From contig JAJDCB010000024.1 of assembly GCA_029261065.1 (NCBI GenBank), positions 102,364-166,363 of the forward strand: DNA of 64,000 nt. Direction: 5' to 3'. Shown here in pieces: positions 56,301 through 64,000 of this stretch (position 1 is its first letter; every line of letters begins with the position of its first letter). Under the pieces are notes generated by a model. It had not been told where the DNA came from, made no database searches, and was given only the letters and a program-made list of their open reading frames with translations. The DNA is from Candidatus Omnitrophota bacterium (GTDB lineage: Bacteria > Omnitrophota > Gorgyraeia > Zapsychrales > Zapsychraceae). The position numbers and the translations under genes are program-made.

Positions 56301-59300
56301 GCTTGGGCCATCTCAACTAAACTTGGGATATCACTTTCCCTTTGTTTAAGCTGCTCTTCTAATAGAGATATATTATTACTTTTCTTGACAAGATCTTCTT
56401 CAAATGTGCTAACAAGTCCCTGCAGCTCCTTTTTTTCGACTACTAGTTGTTCTTCGGTAATTTTTAACGTGCTATATGAATTTTGAATTTCTTGATTTTT
56501 ATTCTTTAATTCTTGAATTTGACTATTTAATTGAGAAGTTTCACCTGCAAACTTCTCACTAGAGGCCTTTATCTGATTTAATAGATTCTTTTTTAATTGA
56601 GCAATTTCTTCATTTAACGCCTCTTTAGATTGTTTACTTTTTAAATTCAAACCCACAATAGACTCTTGTGCTTTTTGTAATTTATTAGATAATTGAGATA
56701 TTTCAGACTCAAAATCTCTATTTTTGCCATTTAATGAAGCAATTTCATTTACAAGTTTAGAATTATTACTTTTAAGTTCATTTTTCTGCGCACTAAAAAC
56801 TTGGATTTCTTCTTCTTTTTCTCTTATAAATTTTTGCTTAATATTCTTTATACGGGCCTCCATTTCATTTTTTTCATTAAACAAGGCTGTATATTCAATA
56901 CTCTTATCTTTAAATTGTTTTAATAACGTTTCTTTTTCCTTTAAATTCTGAGATATTACAAGCTCTTTATTTTTTAATTGCGAACTTATATCTGTTATTT
57001 TTTTTTCTAAAATGGATTCTTGTAATTCTAAAGGCTTTCGAGCTTCAGCCAATTGTTTGGGAATGTTATTTTCAATTTCTTGTTTAACTTTGGCCAAATT
57101 TTCTAATTTTTCATTTAACTGAATAACGTTTTGACCTAATTTTTCTAAATCCGTTTTGTATTTATTATTTGAATTGGTGAGTCTTTGTATTGTCTTTACT
57201 TGAGCTGAATTTTGCTGATCTTTCTTTTGAAAGGTAAGTTGCAGCTCTTTATATTTTTCATTTAACTGAATTAGCCTCTGATCAACTTTTCCTAAGTCCG
57301 CTTTATATTTATTGTTTGAACTGGTGAATGCATCTATTGTCTTTTCTTGAGCTAAGTTTTGCTGATCTTTCTTTTGAAAGGTAAGTTGCAGCTCTTTATA
57401 TTTTTCATTTAACTTCTCAAGTGTCACATTTAATTTCTTAAAATTTAATTGAGAGCTGTTCACTTGATTCGAAGCCTTCTTAACATCTGACTCTAACTGC
57501 GCAATAATCTTTGTTTTATCTAAAAGGTTTGCATTTAATTCACTTTTCTGAGTATTAATATTACCCAATTTTTTCTCAAATTCCGATTTTGCTGAATCTA
57601 GAAGCTGCTGATTTTTTAAAACAATTTGATCCACTTTCGCCTTTAAGGCATCTACTTGAGCTAATAAATTTGTTTCTTTTTGTGATTTTACTTCTAGACT
57701 ATTTGATAAGCCCTTTATTTGCTTCTCTAAAGACGCAACATGAGCTTCTTTATCTTTAGTAATGTTTTCAGCATTTTTTAGTTTCATCTCATTTTGACTT
57801 ATATTATCTCTAAGGGTTTGCTTTTGAACTTCATGTTTATCGGTTAATGCTTCAAAAGCCTTTACATTTTCTTTCTTCAAAGTTTCAATTCTTGTGTTTA
57901 ATTGCGCAACAGCATCATTTGCCTTGCCTAATTTTGTGATAATATCTGTTTTGTTTTCTTCTAAATTTCTTGAGTTCTTAATTTCATTGTTTAAATTTTC
58001 ATTAACACCCCTTAAATGCCCTTCTAACGTTTTAATTTCATTTAACAAAGGTGTGGTCTCTTTCGATATTAGAGCAGGCATAGCTTCTTTGGTTGCTTTC
58101 AAGGTGGTCTCTACAGCTACTTTTTGCTTAACTAAATCCTCTTGTTGAACTTTTAAATTTGTTAAATTCGACTGTAAAGAAGCATAAGACTTCGTTAACT
58201 CTTGAAATTTTTGTGTATTTTGTTTAATAGCACCTTTTTTTTCCTCTAATAAATTCTTAAAAGACAACAACTGCTCATTTAATGGCTTTTTAACCAATTC
58301 GATCGTTTTTGGAATTTCATTTTTTATCTTAACAATTTTATTTTCTAAATCATTAATAACATTTGCTTGATTTTTCAACTCTTTGGCTTGTGCCTTATTC
58401 ACAACTTCTTTTTTTGTAACTGTATCCCTTAAATTGGCTACATCTTTAGATTTACTCTTTATAGTCTTAGTTATTTGCTCATTACTATCCTTTAAACTTT
58501 TAATTTGAAGCTGATAATCTTTTTCTAATTTCGATAACTTTAAATTTGCAGCTGTTTTATCTTTTTTCCAATCTGCGTTTGCTTTAACCCATCTGTTGTC
58601 TTTTTCACTAATCGCACCAGATAAATCTTTTATTTTGTTATTAAGATCGGCATTTTTATTATTTAATACTAAAAATGTTTTTTCCTGTTCCTTTATAAAT
58701 ACATTTTTTTGCTTAAAACCTTCTGTTAATTGAGCAATTTCGCTTAATAAGGGAGCCTTTTGTGCATCAATCATTCCAGGAATATTTGCCTTTGTCGTAT
58801 TTAAATTTTCAGTTAATTTTGCTACGTTCTCATTAGACGTTGATAGCTGACTGTCCGTGTCGTTAAGCTTGTTAACTAATTCTTTGCTTTGAGCATTTAA
58901 AGAATCATACGCCCCATTACGCTCATAAAGCTCATTTTTTATTTTTACAATTTGATCCTTAAGAACCCCCATCTCTTTAAAAAGCGGTTCTTTAGCCTTC
59001 TTTATCTGAGCAGGGATAGTCTGCTTTACAGAGGTTAATTCTTCACCCTTTTGATTTAACAAATCTTGTAATTTCTTTCGATTTGCCGCATCTAATTTTT
59101 GTTGACTTAATAACCGCCCTTTTTGTTTCTCCATTTCAGAGACGGAGTTCTGATAACTCTCCAAAGCCTTTGTTAACTCAACTATTTTGTTATCTGATTC
59201 CTTTAATTTAAATTGTAATGGATCACGAACCTTAGCAATCTGTTGTGGAACACTCATTTTCAGATTATTAAAATTTTCCGTTAATTTATTAATATCGCTA

Positions 59301-62300
59301 ATTTTCTTTTTATTCTGAATGCTTAACGTTTCTATAGCCGTATTATTCTTTGATAATTCATCCCTTTGCTTCTCTATAAGAGCATCTTTGGTCTTTCCAG
59401 ATGTAGCAAATTGATTTATCTTCTGATTTAAGCCATTAATCTTATTCTCTAATGGCTTCTTGGCTTGCGCAATTTGTGATGGATAAGCCGCTTCTTTTTC
59501 TTTGATGATATTCGCATAATTCTTCACTTTCTTCTCTAGATTAGTCTTTACTGATGAAACCTTCATCACGGATTCTTCAGAGTCTTGTAGAAGTTTATTT
59601 AATTCAGAGATTGAAATACTCTTATCTTCTATATCATCAGTTAGAACACTTAATTGTTTTTGTTGTGCAGCAATCTTCTCATTTAAAGGCTTTAAGGATG
59701 CAAGAAGATCACGATTATATTTTTTATTGGCAACAACTAGGGCGTTATCTAATTCAGAGGCCTTAGTTTGAAAGTGATCGGACTGCTCTTTTAAAGCATC
59801 CATTTTTTGCTTTAAACTATTGCGTTGTAGCTCAGCATTGCGGATTGATTTATCTTTGTTTTCTACACTTTGAGTAAGTTGTTTCACCTGCCTATTTAGA
59901 GATGAATTTTCCTTCTCTAAAGGTGTCTTTGCCAAAGAAATCTGTTGAGGGATGCTTTTCTTTAATCGATCAGAACTTGCTAGCTGGGCATCTAACTTTT
60001 TTTGATATTCGCTAATAACTTCCGTTTGCGTTAAGACTTTTTGAGTTAACGTTTCTTTTTCTTTATTTAAAAAGACTAACGACTTCTCCCTTGCTTTATT
60101 TGCATTATCTAGAGTATTTACTTTGTTAAGTAACTGTGAGGCTTTCTCCTCTAACGGTCGCGTGGCTTCACTAAGTTGCTGGGGAATCGATTTAACAGTA
60201 TCATCCAATTTCTTCTCAAGAGCTGTCTTTGCTTTAGATAGAAAAGATTCGCTTTCTTGTAATTTCGTATAGCTTTCTTTTAAACGTAATTGATCTGCGT
60301 TTAATTTTTGTAAAAGCGATGCCTTTTCAGATAAATTCACAGTTAATTGCTGAAGTTTTTCTTCCAATGGTTTTTTGGCTTGTTGTATTTCAAGCGGTTT
60401 ATTCTTTAAAGTATTGCTTAGTTTTGCTTGCGAGAGATTTAAATTTTGCTCATACTTTTTTATCTCAACACTTGACTTTTGTAATTGGCTTATTAAACTT
60501 TCCTTCTCTAAATTTAAATTTTTTAATAGTTTTTTGTTTTCTTCATTAATTTTTAAATATTCGGATTCCATAGATTTGGCATTTGCTTTGCTTTGCTTCA
60601 AAGCATCAGCTAAGCGCGAACTATTGCCTTCATAAGTCCTCTTCTCTTCAGCTAAAGATTTTTGCAAATCAGAGACTTTAGAATTTAAAGGATCTCTCAC
60701 CGCATTTACTTTTAGAGGAATACTTGCTTCTAACTGTTCGAACTTCTTAGCCAACTGATATAATTGCTTCTCCGTATTATCTTTGGCCACCTTTAAAGAT
60801 TTAAAGCTATTCGTCATAGTCTTATTTTCATTTACAATTTCTTGAACACTTACTTGACTGCTCTTTAAATTTTCCGTTGTTGTTATAAGACTCTTTGTTA
60901 ATTCTTTAATCCTGGCTTCTAATGGCTGCTTTACTTTTTCAATTTCTGTAGGAATGCTCGAGATAAGCTCAGCATTCTTTTGTTCCAAACCGCCCTTTGA
61001 TTTTGACAATAAAAGATTTTGTTCTTTTAATTTTTGAAGTTCTGTGATCTTTTGCTTATTCCCTTTATCCAGCTCAACAATGAGTCCATCCTTTTTATTT
61101 AATTGCGCATCGCTTAAAGATAATTTCTTATTTAATTCAGCCATTTGAGCTTTAAGCGGCTCTTTCGCTAATTCAACTTTTGAAGGTAAAGATTTTTTTA
61201 GTGCATCCAATTCTTTACTCAGTTGATTAACCTCAGCATTTAAATTATTCCTCAAAGTAAAAAGTTTTTCTTTATCAGAATTTAACGAATTAACTTTATT
61301 GCTATAATTTTTTAAATTTAGATTTCTTTGTGACAGAGTCTCTTTTAGATCAGCAACAGTGTTTTCAAGCGGCAATTTGGCTTCTTTTAGTTTTGCTGGC
61401 CAAGCTTGATTTTGTTTTGAGAGTTCTGAAGCGAGCTTTTTTCTCTCTGACTCTACTTTGATGAGCGTATCTTTAAGCTCTAGAAGACTATTTTCTTTTG
61501 CAGTATTTAGTTGTTTAAGTTTCTCCTCAGAGCTTTTAAAACTTACTTCTTTCAATTGTAACGTTTTATTTTGCTCCGCTATTCTTTTCTCTAAAGGTAA
61601 CGTTGCTTTTCTTATCTCTACAGGTAATTTTTTCTTAAACAGATCAAATTCTTTAACAATTGCTTTTCTTTGATTCTCAGAATTACGGAAGGCTGTATTT
61701 CTATTATCAAGATTATTTTGAAGATCTGAAATTGTTTTCACTAAAGGCGTACGCACAGATTGAATTTGATTAGGCAACGCTGCATTTAATTGTTTAATTT
61801 CATCTTTAAGAACTACAACCTCTTTATTACTTGCATCTAAGGCTTGTTTTCTCTGATTTGAAATAGCCGCTAATTTACTCTTTTCAGCTGAACTAGAAAG
61901 TTCTTTCTCTTTTGAAACAAGTAATTGTTTTTGGAAGCTTTGTAATTGTTCTTCTAAAGGTTTCTTAACACGACTTATTTCAGCAGGAATAGAGGCTTGT
62001 AACTTTTTAACTTCAGAAGTTAAAGCAGCAACCTTTGAATCTTTTGTTTCAAGAGCACCACCCTGTACTTTTAATTGAGTCACTAAAACAGAGATCTTGC
62101 TAAGTAGAGGCTCTTTGCTATCTTTAATTTGCTTTGGAATATTCCCTTTTAGAGCTCTTAATTGAGAATCTTTGGTTTTAATCTCTTTTGAAAGGGCTGT
62201 AAAATTAGCTTGGATGTTACTGTATTTGCTGAGAGTCTCTTTTCTGGATTGCGATTCTTTGGACAATTGCGATTCTTTTAAAGCAAGCTGCTTCTCTAAT

Positions 62301-64000
62301 TCCTTCATAGATGCTTGAATGAGTTTTAATTGTTCTTCTAGAGGAGCTTTAGCCTCTTTCACTAGTTGAGGAACAGCTTGTTCTTTACTTTTCAGTTGAC
62401 TCTTTATCTGAATATTTTCATTTTTTAAATTTTTAAGTGCGGTATTTGATACTTGCAATGTTTTTTGAGTATCACCTTCTAATGTTTGAAATTGCTTTTT
62501 AGAATTTTCTAATTCTGCGTTTAATGTTGATAATTTGCTTTTTTGTGCGTCACTATCCTTACCTAAACGTTGAATTTTTTCATTTGCAGCTTTCAATTTT
62601 ACCTGCGTCGCTTCATAATCGTTGCTTATCGATGTCGTTTCAAGCTTATGTTTTTTTTGTTCTTCTACCACTAATTTTTTTAAATTTTCAAGTGCGGTAT
62701 TTGATACTTTCAATTTTTTCTGAGCATCACTTTCTAATATTTGAAATTGCTTTTTAGAATTTTCTAATTCTGCGTTTAGTGTTGATAATTTGCTTTTTTG
62801 TGCATCACTATCCTTACCTAAACGTTGAATTTTTTCATTTGCAGCTTTTAATTTTGCCTGAGACGAATCATAATCTTTACCTTTTGAAGTCGTTTCAAGC
62901 TTATGTTTTTCTTGTTGTTGTGCCACTGATTTTTTCAAATTTTCTAATTCTTTTTTTAAGAAAATCTCACTTTTTGTAAATTCGCCGCTTACCCTTTCTT
63001 TTTCCGTATTTGCCGTTAGAAGTTGCTTATTTAATTCTTTAAGGTCATTGCTTAACTCAACTATCTGGTTATTAAGTTGGGCATTGACTTGCTTATCTCT
63101 TTTACTTATAGCTTTTTGATTAGTTAATGTCGTTTTTAATTCTTTAAGGGATGCTTCTAAAGGTTTTTTAACCAGCTCGATTTTTTGGGGAATTTCGTCA
63201 GTCTTTGTTTTTAGCTGTATTTTTAAGTTTTTAACTTCTTTTTCTGAAGAATCATTTTGTGCTAGAAGATTATTTTTTTCTTGCCTTAGTTGATCAATAA
63301 CTTTTTGATCATTTTCCATCAAAGCTTCTTTGGATTGCAGCGACTTCTTTTTCTCTTTTAATTTCTTAGACAATTCAGAGATTTGAAAATTTAAAGGCGC
63401 TACAACTTCTTTCTTTTGCTGCACCATACTGGCATTGAGCTCAACCAATTGGGATGTAAGACTTTCCTTTTTGGCCATTAGTAAGGCTTGCTTTTCTTCA
63501 GACGATTTCTTTACTGATAAAAGTTCGCTAGAAAATTTATTCCCCAAACTATCTACCTCTTTAAAATGGGCTTGCTGTTGCCTTGCAAGTTTATCATTTA
63601 GATTTTTCAAATCAGCTTCTAAAACTTGAGTCATGGACTTTTTGCGTGCCATTTCTTTTTTTAATTTATCAATTTGTTTTTGATAGTCGCTTACTTCACT
63701 CGATTTTTTGGAAATATTTTCATTTAATTTGGTAATATCCGTTTTATATTTACTCTCATTTTGTTCAAGCAACTTTTTATTTGAAACTTTTAGCGTTGTT
63801 AAATCCTTATTTAACAACTTTACCTTTTCTTCTAATGGCGTTTTAGCTGATGCAATCTTTTTAGGTAAATTTATTTCTAAATTTTTAATTTTTGATGTTA
63901 ATTTCGCAACCTCTGCATCTAATCGCTCATTATTGACCCGTTCGCCTTTTATCTGTTTATCCAACAACTCTTTATCCTTCTTAATGTCATGTAATGTTTT
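53387..64000 (-). CDS. Giant coiled-coil protein (at least 3,537 aa; 5' end beyond the right window edge)
   Basis: The frame stays open from the track start (TTG 63967) to 64000 (KTLHDIKKDKE). K/E/Q/L/S/N-rich heptads are interrupted by a recurring P-x8-P-L motif. Confidence 0.92.
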   Translation of the reverse strand, partial: KTLHDIKKDKELLDKQIKGERVNNERLDAEVAKLTSKIKNLEINLPKKIASAKTPLEEKVKLLNKDLTTLKVSNKKLLEQNESKYKTDITKLNENISKKSSEVSDYQKQIDKLKKEMARKKSMTQVLEADLKNLNDKLARQQQAHFKEVDSLGNKFSSELLSVKKSSEEKQALLMAKKESLTSQLVELNASMVQQKKEVVAPLNFQISELSKKLKEKKKSLQSKEALMENDQKVIDQLRQEKNNLLAQNDSSEKEVKNLKIQLKTKTDEIPQKIELVKKPLEASLKELKTTLTNQKAISKRDKQVNAQLNNQIVELSNDLKELNKQLLTANTEKERVSGEFTKSEIFLKKELENLKKSVAQQQEKHKLETTSKGKDYDSSQAKLKAANEKIQRLGKDSDAQKSKLSTLNAELENSKKQFQILESDAQKKLKVSNTALENLKKLVVEEQKKHKLETTSISNDYEATQVKLKAANEKIQRLGKDSDAQKSKLSTLNAELENSKKQFQTLEGDTQKTLQVSNTALKNLKNENIQIKSQLKSKEQAVPQLVKEAKAPLEEQLKLIQASMKELEKQLALKESQLSKESQSRKETLSKYSNIQANFTALSKEIKTKDSQLRALKGNIPKQIKDSKEPLLSKISVLVTQLKVQGGALETKDSKVAALTSEVKKLQASIPAEISRVKKPLEEQLQSFQKQLLVSKEKELSSSAEKSKLAAISNQRKQALDASNKEVVVLKDEIKQLNAALPNQIQSVRTPLVKTISDLQNNLDNRNTAFRNSENQRKAIVKEFDLFKKKLPVEIRKATLPLEKRIAEQNKTLQLKEVSFKSSEEKLKQLNTAKENSLLELKDTLIKVESERKKLASELSKQNQAWPAKLKEAKLPLENTVADLKETLSQRNLNLKNYSNKVNSLNSDKEKLFTLRNNLNAEVNQLSKELDALKKSLPSKVELAKEPLKAQMAELNKKLSLSDAQLNKKDGLIVELDKGNKQKITELQKLKEQNLLLSKSKGGLEQKNAELISSIPTEIEKVKQPLEARIKELTKSLITTTENLKSSQVSVQEIVNENKTMTNSFKSLKVAKDNTEKQLYQLAKKFEQLEASIPLKVNAVRDPLNSKVSDLQKSLAEEKRTYEGNSSRLADALKQSKANAKSMESEYLKINEENKKLLKNLNLEKESLISQLQKSSVEIKKYEQNLNLSQAKLSNTLKNKPLEIQQAKKPLEEKLQQLTVNLSEKASLLQKLNADQLRLKESYTKLQESESFLSKAKTALEKKLDDTVKSIPQQLSEATRPLEEKASQLLNKVNTLDNANKAREKSLVFLNKEKETLTQKVLTQTEVISEYQKKLDAQLASSDRLKKSIPQQISLAKTPLEKENSSLNRQVKQLTQSVENKDKSIRNAELQRNSLKQKMDALKEQSDHFQTKASELDNALVVANKKYNRDLLASLKPLNEKIAAQQKQLSVLTDDIEDKSISISELNKLLQDSEESVMKVSSVKTNLEKKVKNYANIIKEKEAAYPSQIAQAKKPLENKINGLNQKINQFATSGKTKDALIEKQRDELSKNNTAIETLSIQNKKKISDINKLTENFNNLKMSVPQQIAKVRDPLQFKLKESDNKIVELTKALESYQNSVSEMEKQKGRLLSQQKLDAANRKKLQDLLNQKGEELTSVKQTIPAQIKKAKEPLFKEMGVLKDQIVKIKNELYERNGAYDSLNAQSKELVNKLNDTDSQLSTSNENVAKLTENLNTTKANIPGMIDAQKAPLLSEIAQLTEGFKQKNVFIKEQEKTFLVLNNKNADLNNKIKDLSGAISEKDNRWVKANADWKKDKTAANLKLSKLEKDYQLQIKSLKDSNEQITKTIKSKSKDVANLRDTVTKKEVVNKAQAKELKNQANVINDLENKIVKIKNEIPKTIELVKKPLNEQLLSFKNLLEEKKGAIKQNTQKFQELTKSYASLQSNLTNLKVQQEDLVKQKVAVETTLKATKEAMPALISKETTPLLNEIKTLEGHLRGVNENLNNEIKNSRNLEENKTDIITKLGKANDAVAQLNTRIETLKKENVKAFEALTDKHEVQKQTLRDNISQNEMKLKNAENITKDKEAHVASLEKQIKGLSNSLEVKSQKETNLLAQVDALKAKVDQIVLKNQQLLDSAKSEFEKKLGNINTQKSELNANLLDKTKIIAQLESDVKKASNQVNSSQLNFKKLNVTLEKLNEKYKELQLTFQKKDQQNLAQEKTIDAFTSSNNKYKADLGKVDQRLIQLNEKYKELQLTFQKKDQQNSAQVKTIQRLTNSNNKYKTDLEKLGQNVIQLNEKLENLAKVKQEIENNIPKQLAEARKPLELQESILEKKITDISSQLKNKELVISQNLKEKETLLKQFKDKSIEYTALFNEKNEMEARIKNIKQKFIREKEEEIQVFSAQKNELKSNNSKLVNEIASLNGKNRDFESEISQLSNKLQKAQESIVGLNLKSKQSKEALNEEIAQLKKNLLNQIKASSEKFAGETSQLNSQIQELKNKNQEIQNSYSTLKITEEQLVVEKKELQGLVSTFEEDLVKKSNNISLLEEQLKQRESDIPSLVEMAQAPLRKEIEDFKKQKTNLSNQIKTNSQEMSLLNDENNDLLTRLNNEKETNSKWQTENSKLEIKLRDVTSVIPQRINEEKAPLLKEIEAGKLKLNDHMAVNQELENKNQDLNSQLKETSNRFSALENEKTSLLARLKQLESKNNTSTVEFGGKLDKLNKQLVSKTTELTELSQNLAVEKEENRRYQASLKEASDKFEELNRSNNLVMSKNENLRNDLSEQRKEIEEKYRETLSNLKLSLDKKLLKSADENKDLQNIVNNQLANLTDYKSKNSNLINQVSSLTKENENLNNSASNLQKDVNNLKIGFADKITLIEKPLLERINGLKRSLDVLKEGEKLNSVQLKNFDNEKQDLMRKIREAENQSNDLKRTNSQLETQNNQIQDKFDQEIAALRKDLIYQQESLNERLKASNQINLEQKQHTDKLVLQKQRLEEEFNLSVIENDKLQKQLNGIDGNMSKVKKELETKDSDFKELRNKIAEYQKKTTELENKISVLNDQSDMKVSIFNREKDQYLQKIVELKDQAALFEKENFRNKEIVDELKRNQSKLNKTLETDYKLVKAEKEEYYKEMLDLESRLKLAQQEVIENQKVVAELKTGQTKLKTGLESDYKLALKERDEVLVKYQNLENEKNTEVASLKSEIENVRLDFIKIKEQSKGDVDQKVRSLKQSLMDREALIAEKDRNLDNIKKQLIDIQSERENTEGLLQSTISKLKNTEEALPSKIKAAESVLRKEIENLTAKLIEKENEVREIESSGALSLNEEMSKINKKLEKSKELLSEKDEILSRMKQKLNVLETELAQEESEKKSLKYKVDDLTKEVDAHEGEIKNKVMEARVPLQKQVNELEDKMSNMDEAFKSKVLTNVRPLQKDIEEFKKKINDTEGLLSEQKSVNDELKNQKRVLDSELFSLMKERSSLQEAIHNLTKDLDDSKKKYEELLSQERDKTTIFDKPRDQNPVFQELQSEINNALDLIEAYE
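57107..57414. repeat. Intragenic tandem duplication, 147-bp (49-aa) unit, two copies
   Basis: tttgctgatctttcttttgaaaggtaagttgcagctctttatatttttcatttaact occurs at 57211 and 57358; peptide LNEKYKELQLTFQKKDQQN is repeated. Confidence 0.92.
62428..62947. repeat. Intragenic tandem duplication, 255-bp (85-aa) unit, two copies
   Basis: KLKAANEKIQRLGKDSDAQKSKLSTLNAELENSKKQFQ occurs twice, and the antisense ORFs at 62524 and 62779 are offset by 255 nt. Confidence 0.92.

Noticed and set aside
57107-57414. Direct repeats considered as a CRISPR array
   Set aside because: Only two copies, in frame within a CDS, with homologous intervening sequence and no cas genes.
62524-62979. Two similar plus-strand ORFs (MLIICFFV...) resembling a duplicated small gene
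   Set aside because: They are the antisense image of the 255-bp duplication in the giant gene.
53387-64000. Giant ORF as SMC, phage tape-measure protein or autotransporter adhesin
   Set aside because: No C-terminal ABC signature or Walker B, no hinge, no phage genes and no beta-barrel or repeat-adhesin motifs in the visible part.
63967-64000. TTG at 63967 as the true start of the giant gene
   Set aside because: The frame is open to the window edge and the heptad pattern continues, so the real start is probably further upstream.

Overview
AT-rich (roughly one-third GC by eye), densely coding bacterial chromosome segment; every gene is on the minus strand except the three pnt transhydrogenase genes. 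Left to right: System II cytochrome c maturation and haem genes (ccsA cut by the window edge, resB/ccsB, an uncharacterised lipoprotein, hemY, hemE, hemN); succinate dehydrogenase (sdhCAB); a sugar/sorbosone dehydrogenase, a receiver and an exported tandem NarX/PilJ-sensor protein; acs and an isochorismatase-family gene. Next is a ~23 kb chemosensory super-cluster (15.9-38.6 kb) headed by a PilB/GspE ATPase-receiver fusion. It contains a two-Hpt CheA, CheB/R/W/V/C/D, three CheX domains, a free Hpt, a PilZ protein, an MCP, a degenerate MCP-like protein, an unannotated 55-aa membrane protein and many receivers, with no flagellar genes in the window. Then come fprA-type reductase, pntAA/AB/B, PilZ, fumC, nfeD-stomatin, pepA and gltA. 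At the right end is a three-gene block: a >3,500-aa coiled-coil protein with a heptad-quantised P-x8-P-L repeat (N-terminus beyond the window), a Cache-like membrane protein with an acidic tail, and an orphan Wzz/Wzc-like protein. No rRNA, tRNA, CRISPR array or mobile element was seen. The best candidates for undescribed systems are the pilus-motor-linked chemosensory cluster and the giant coiled-coil block. All calls come from motif reading without database searches.
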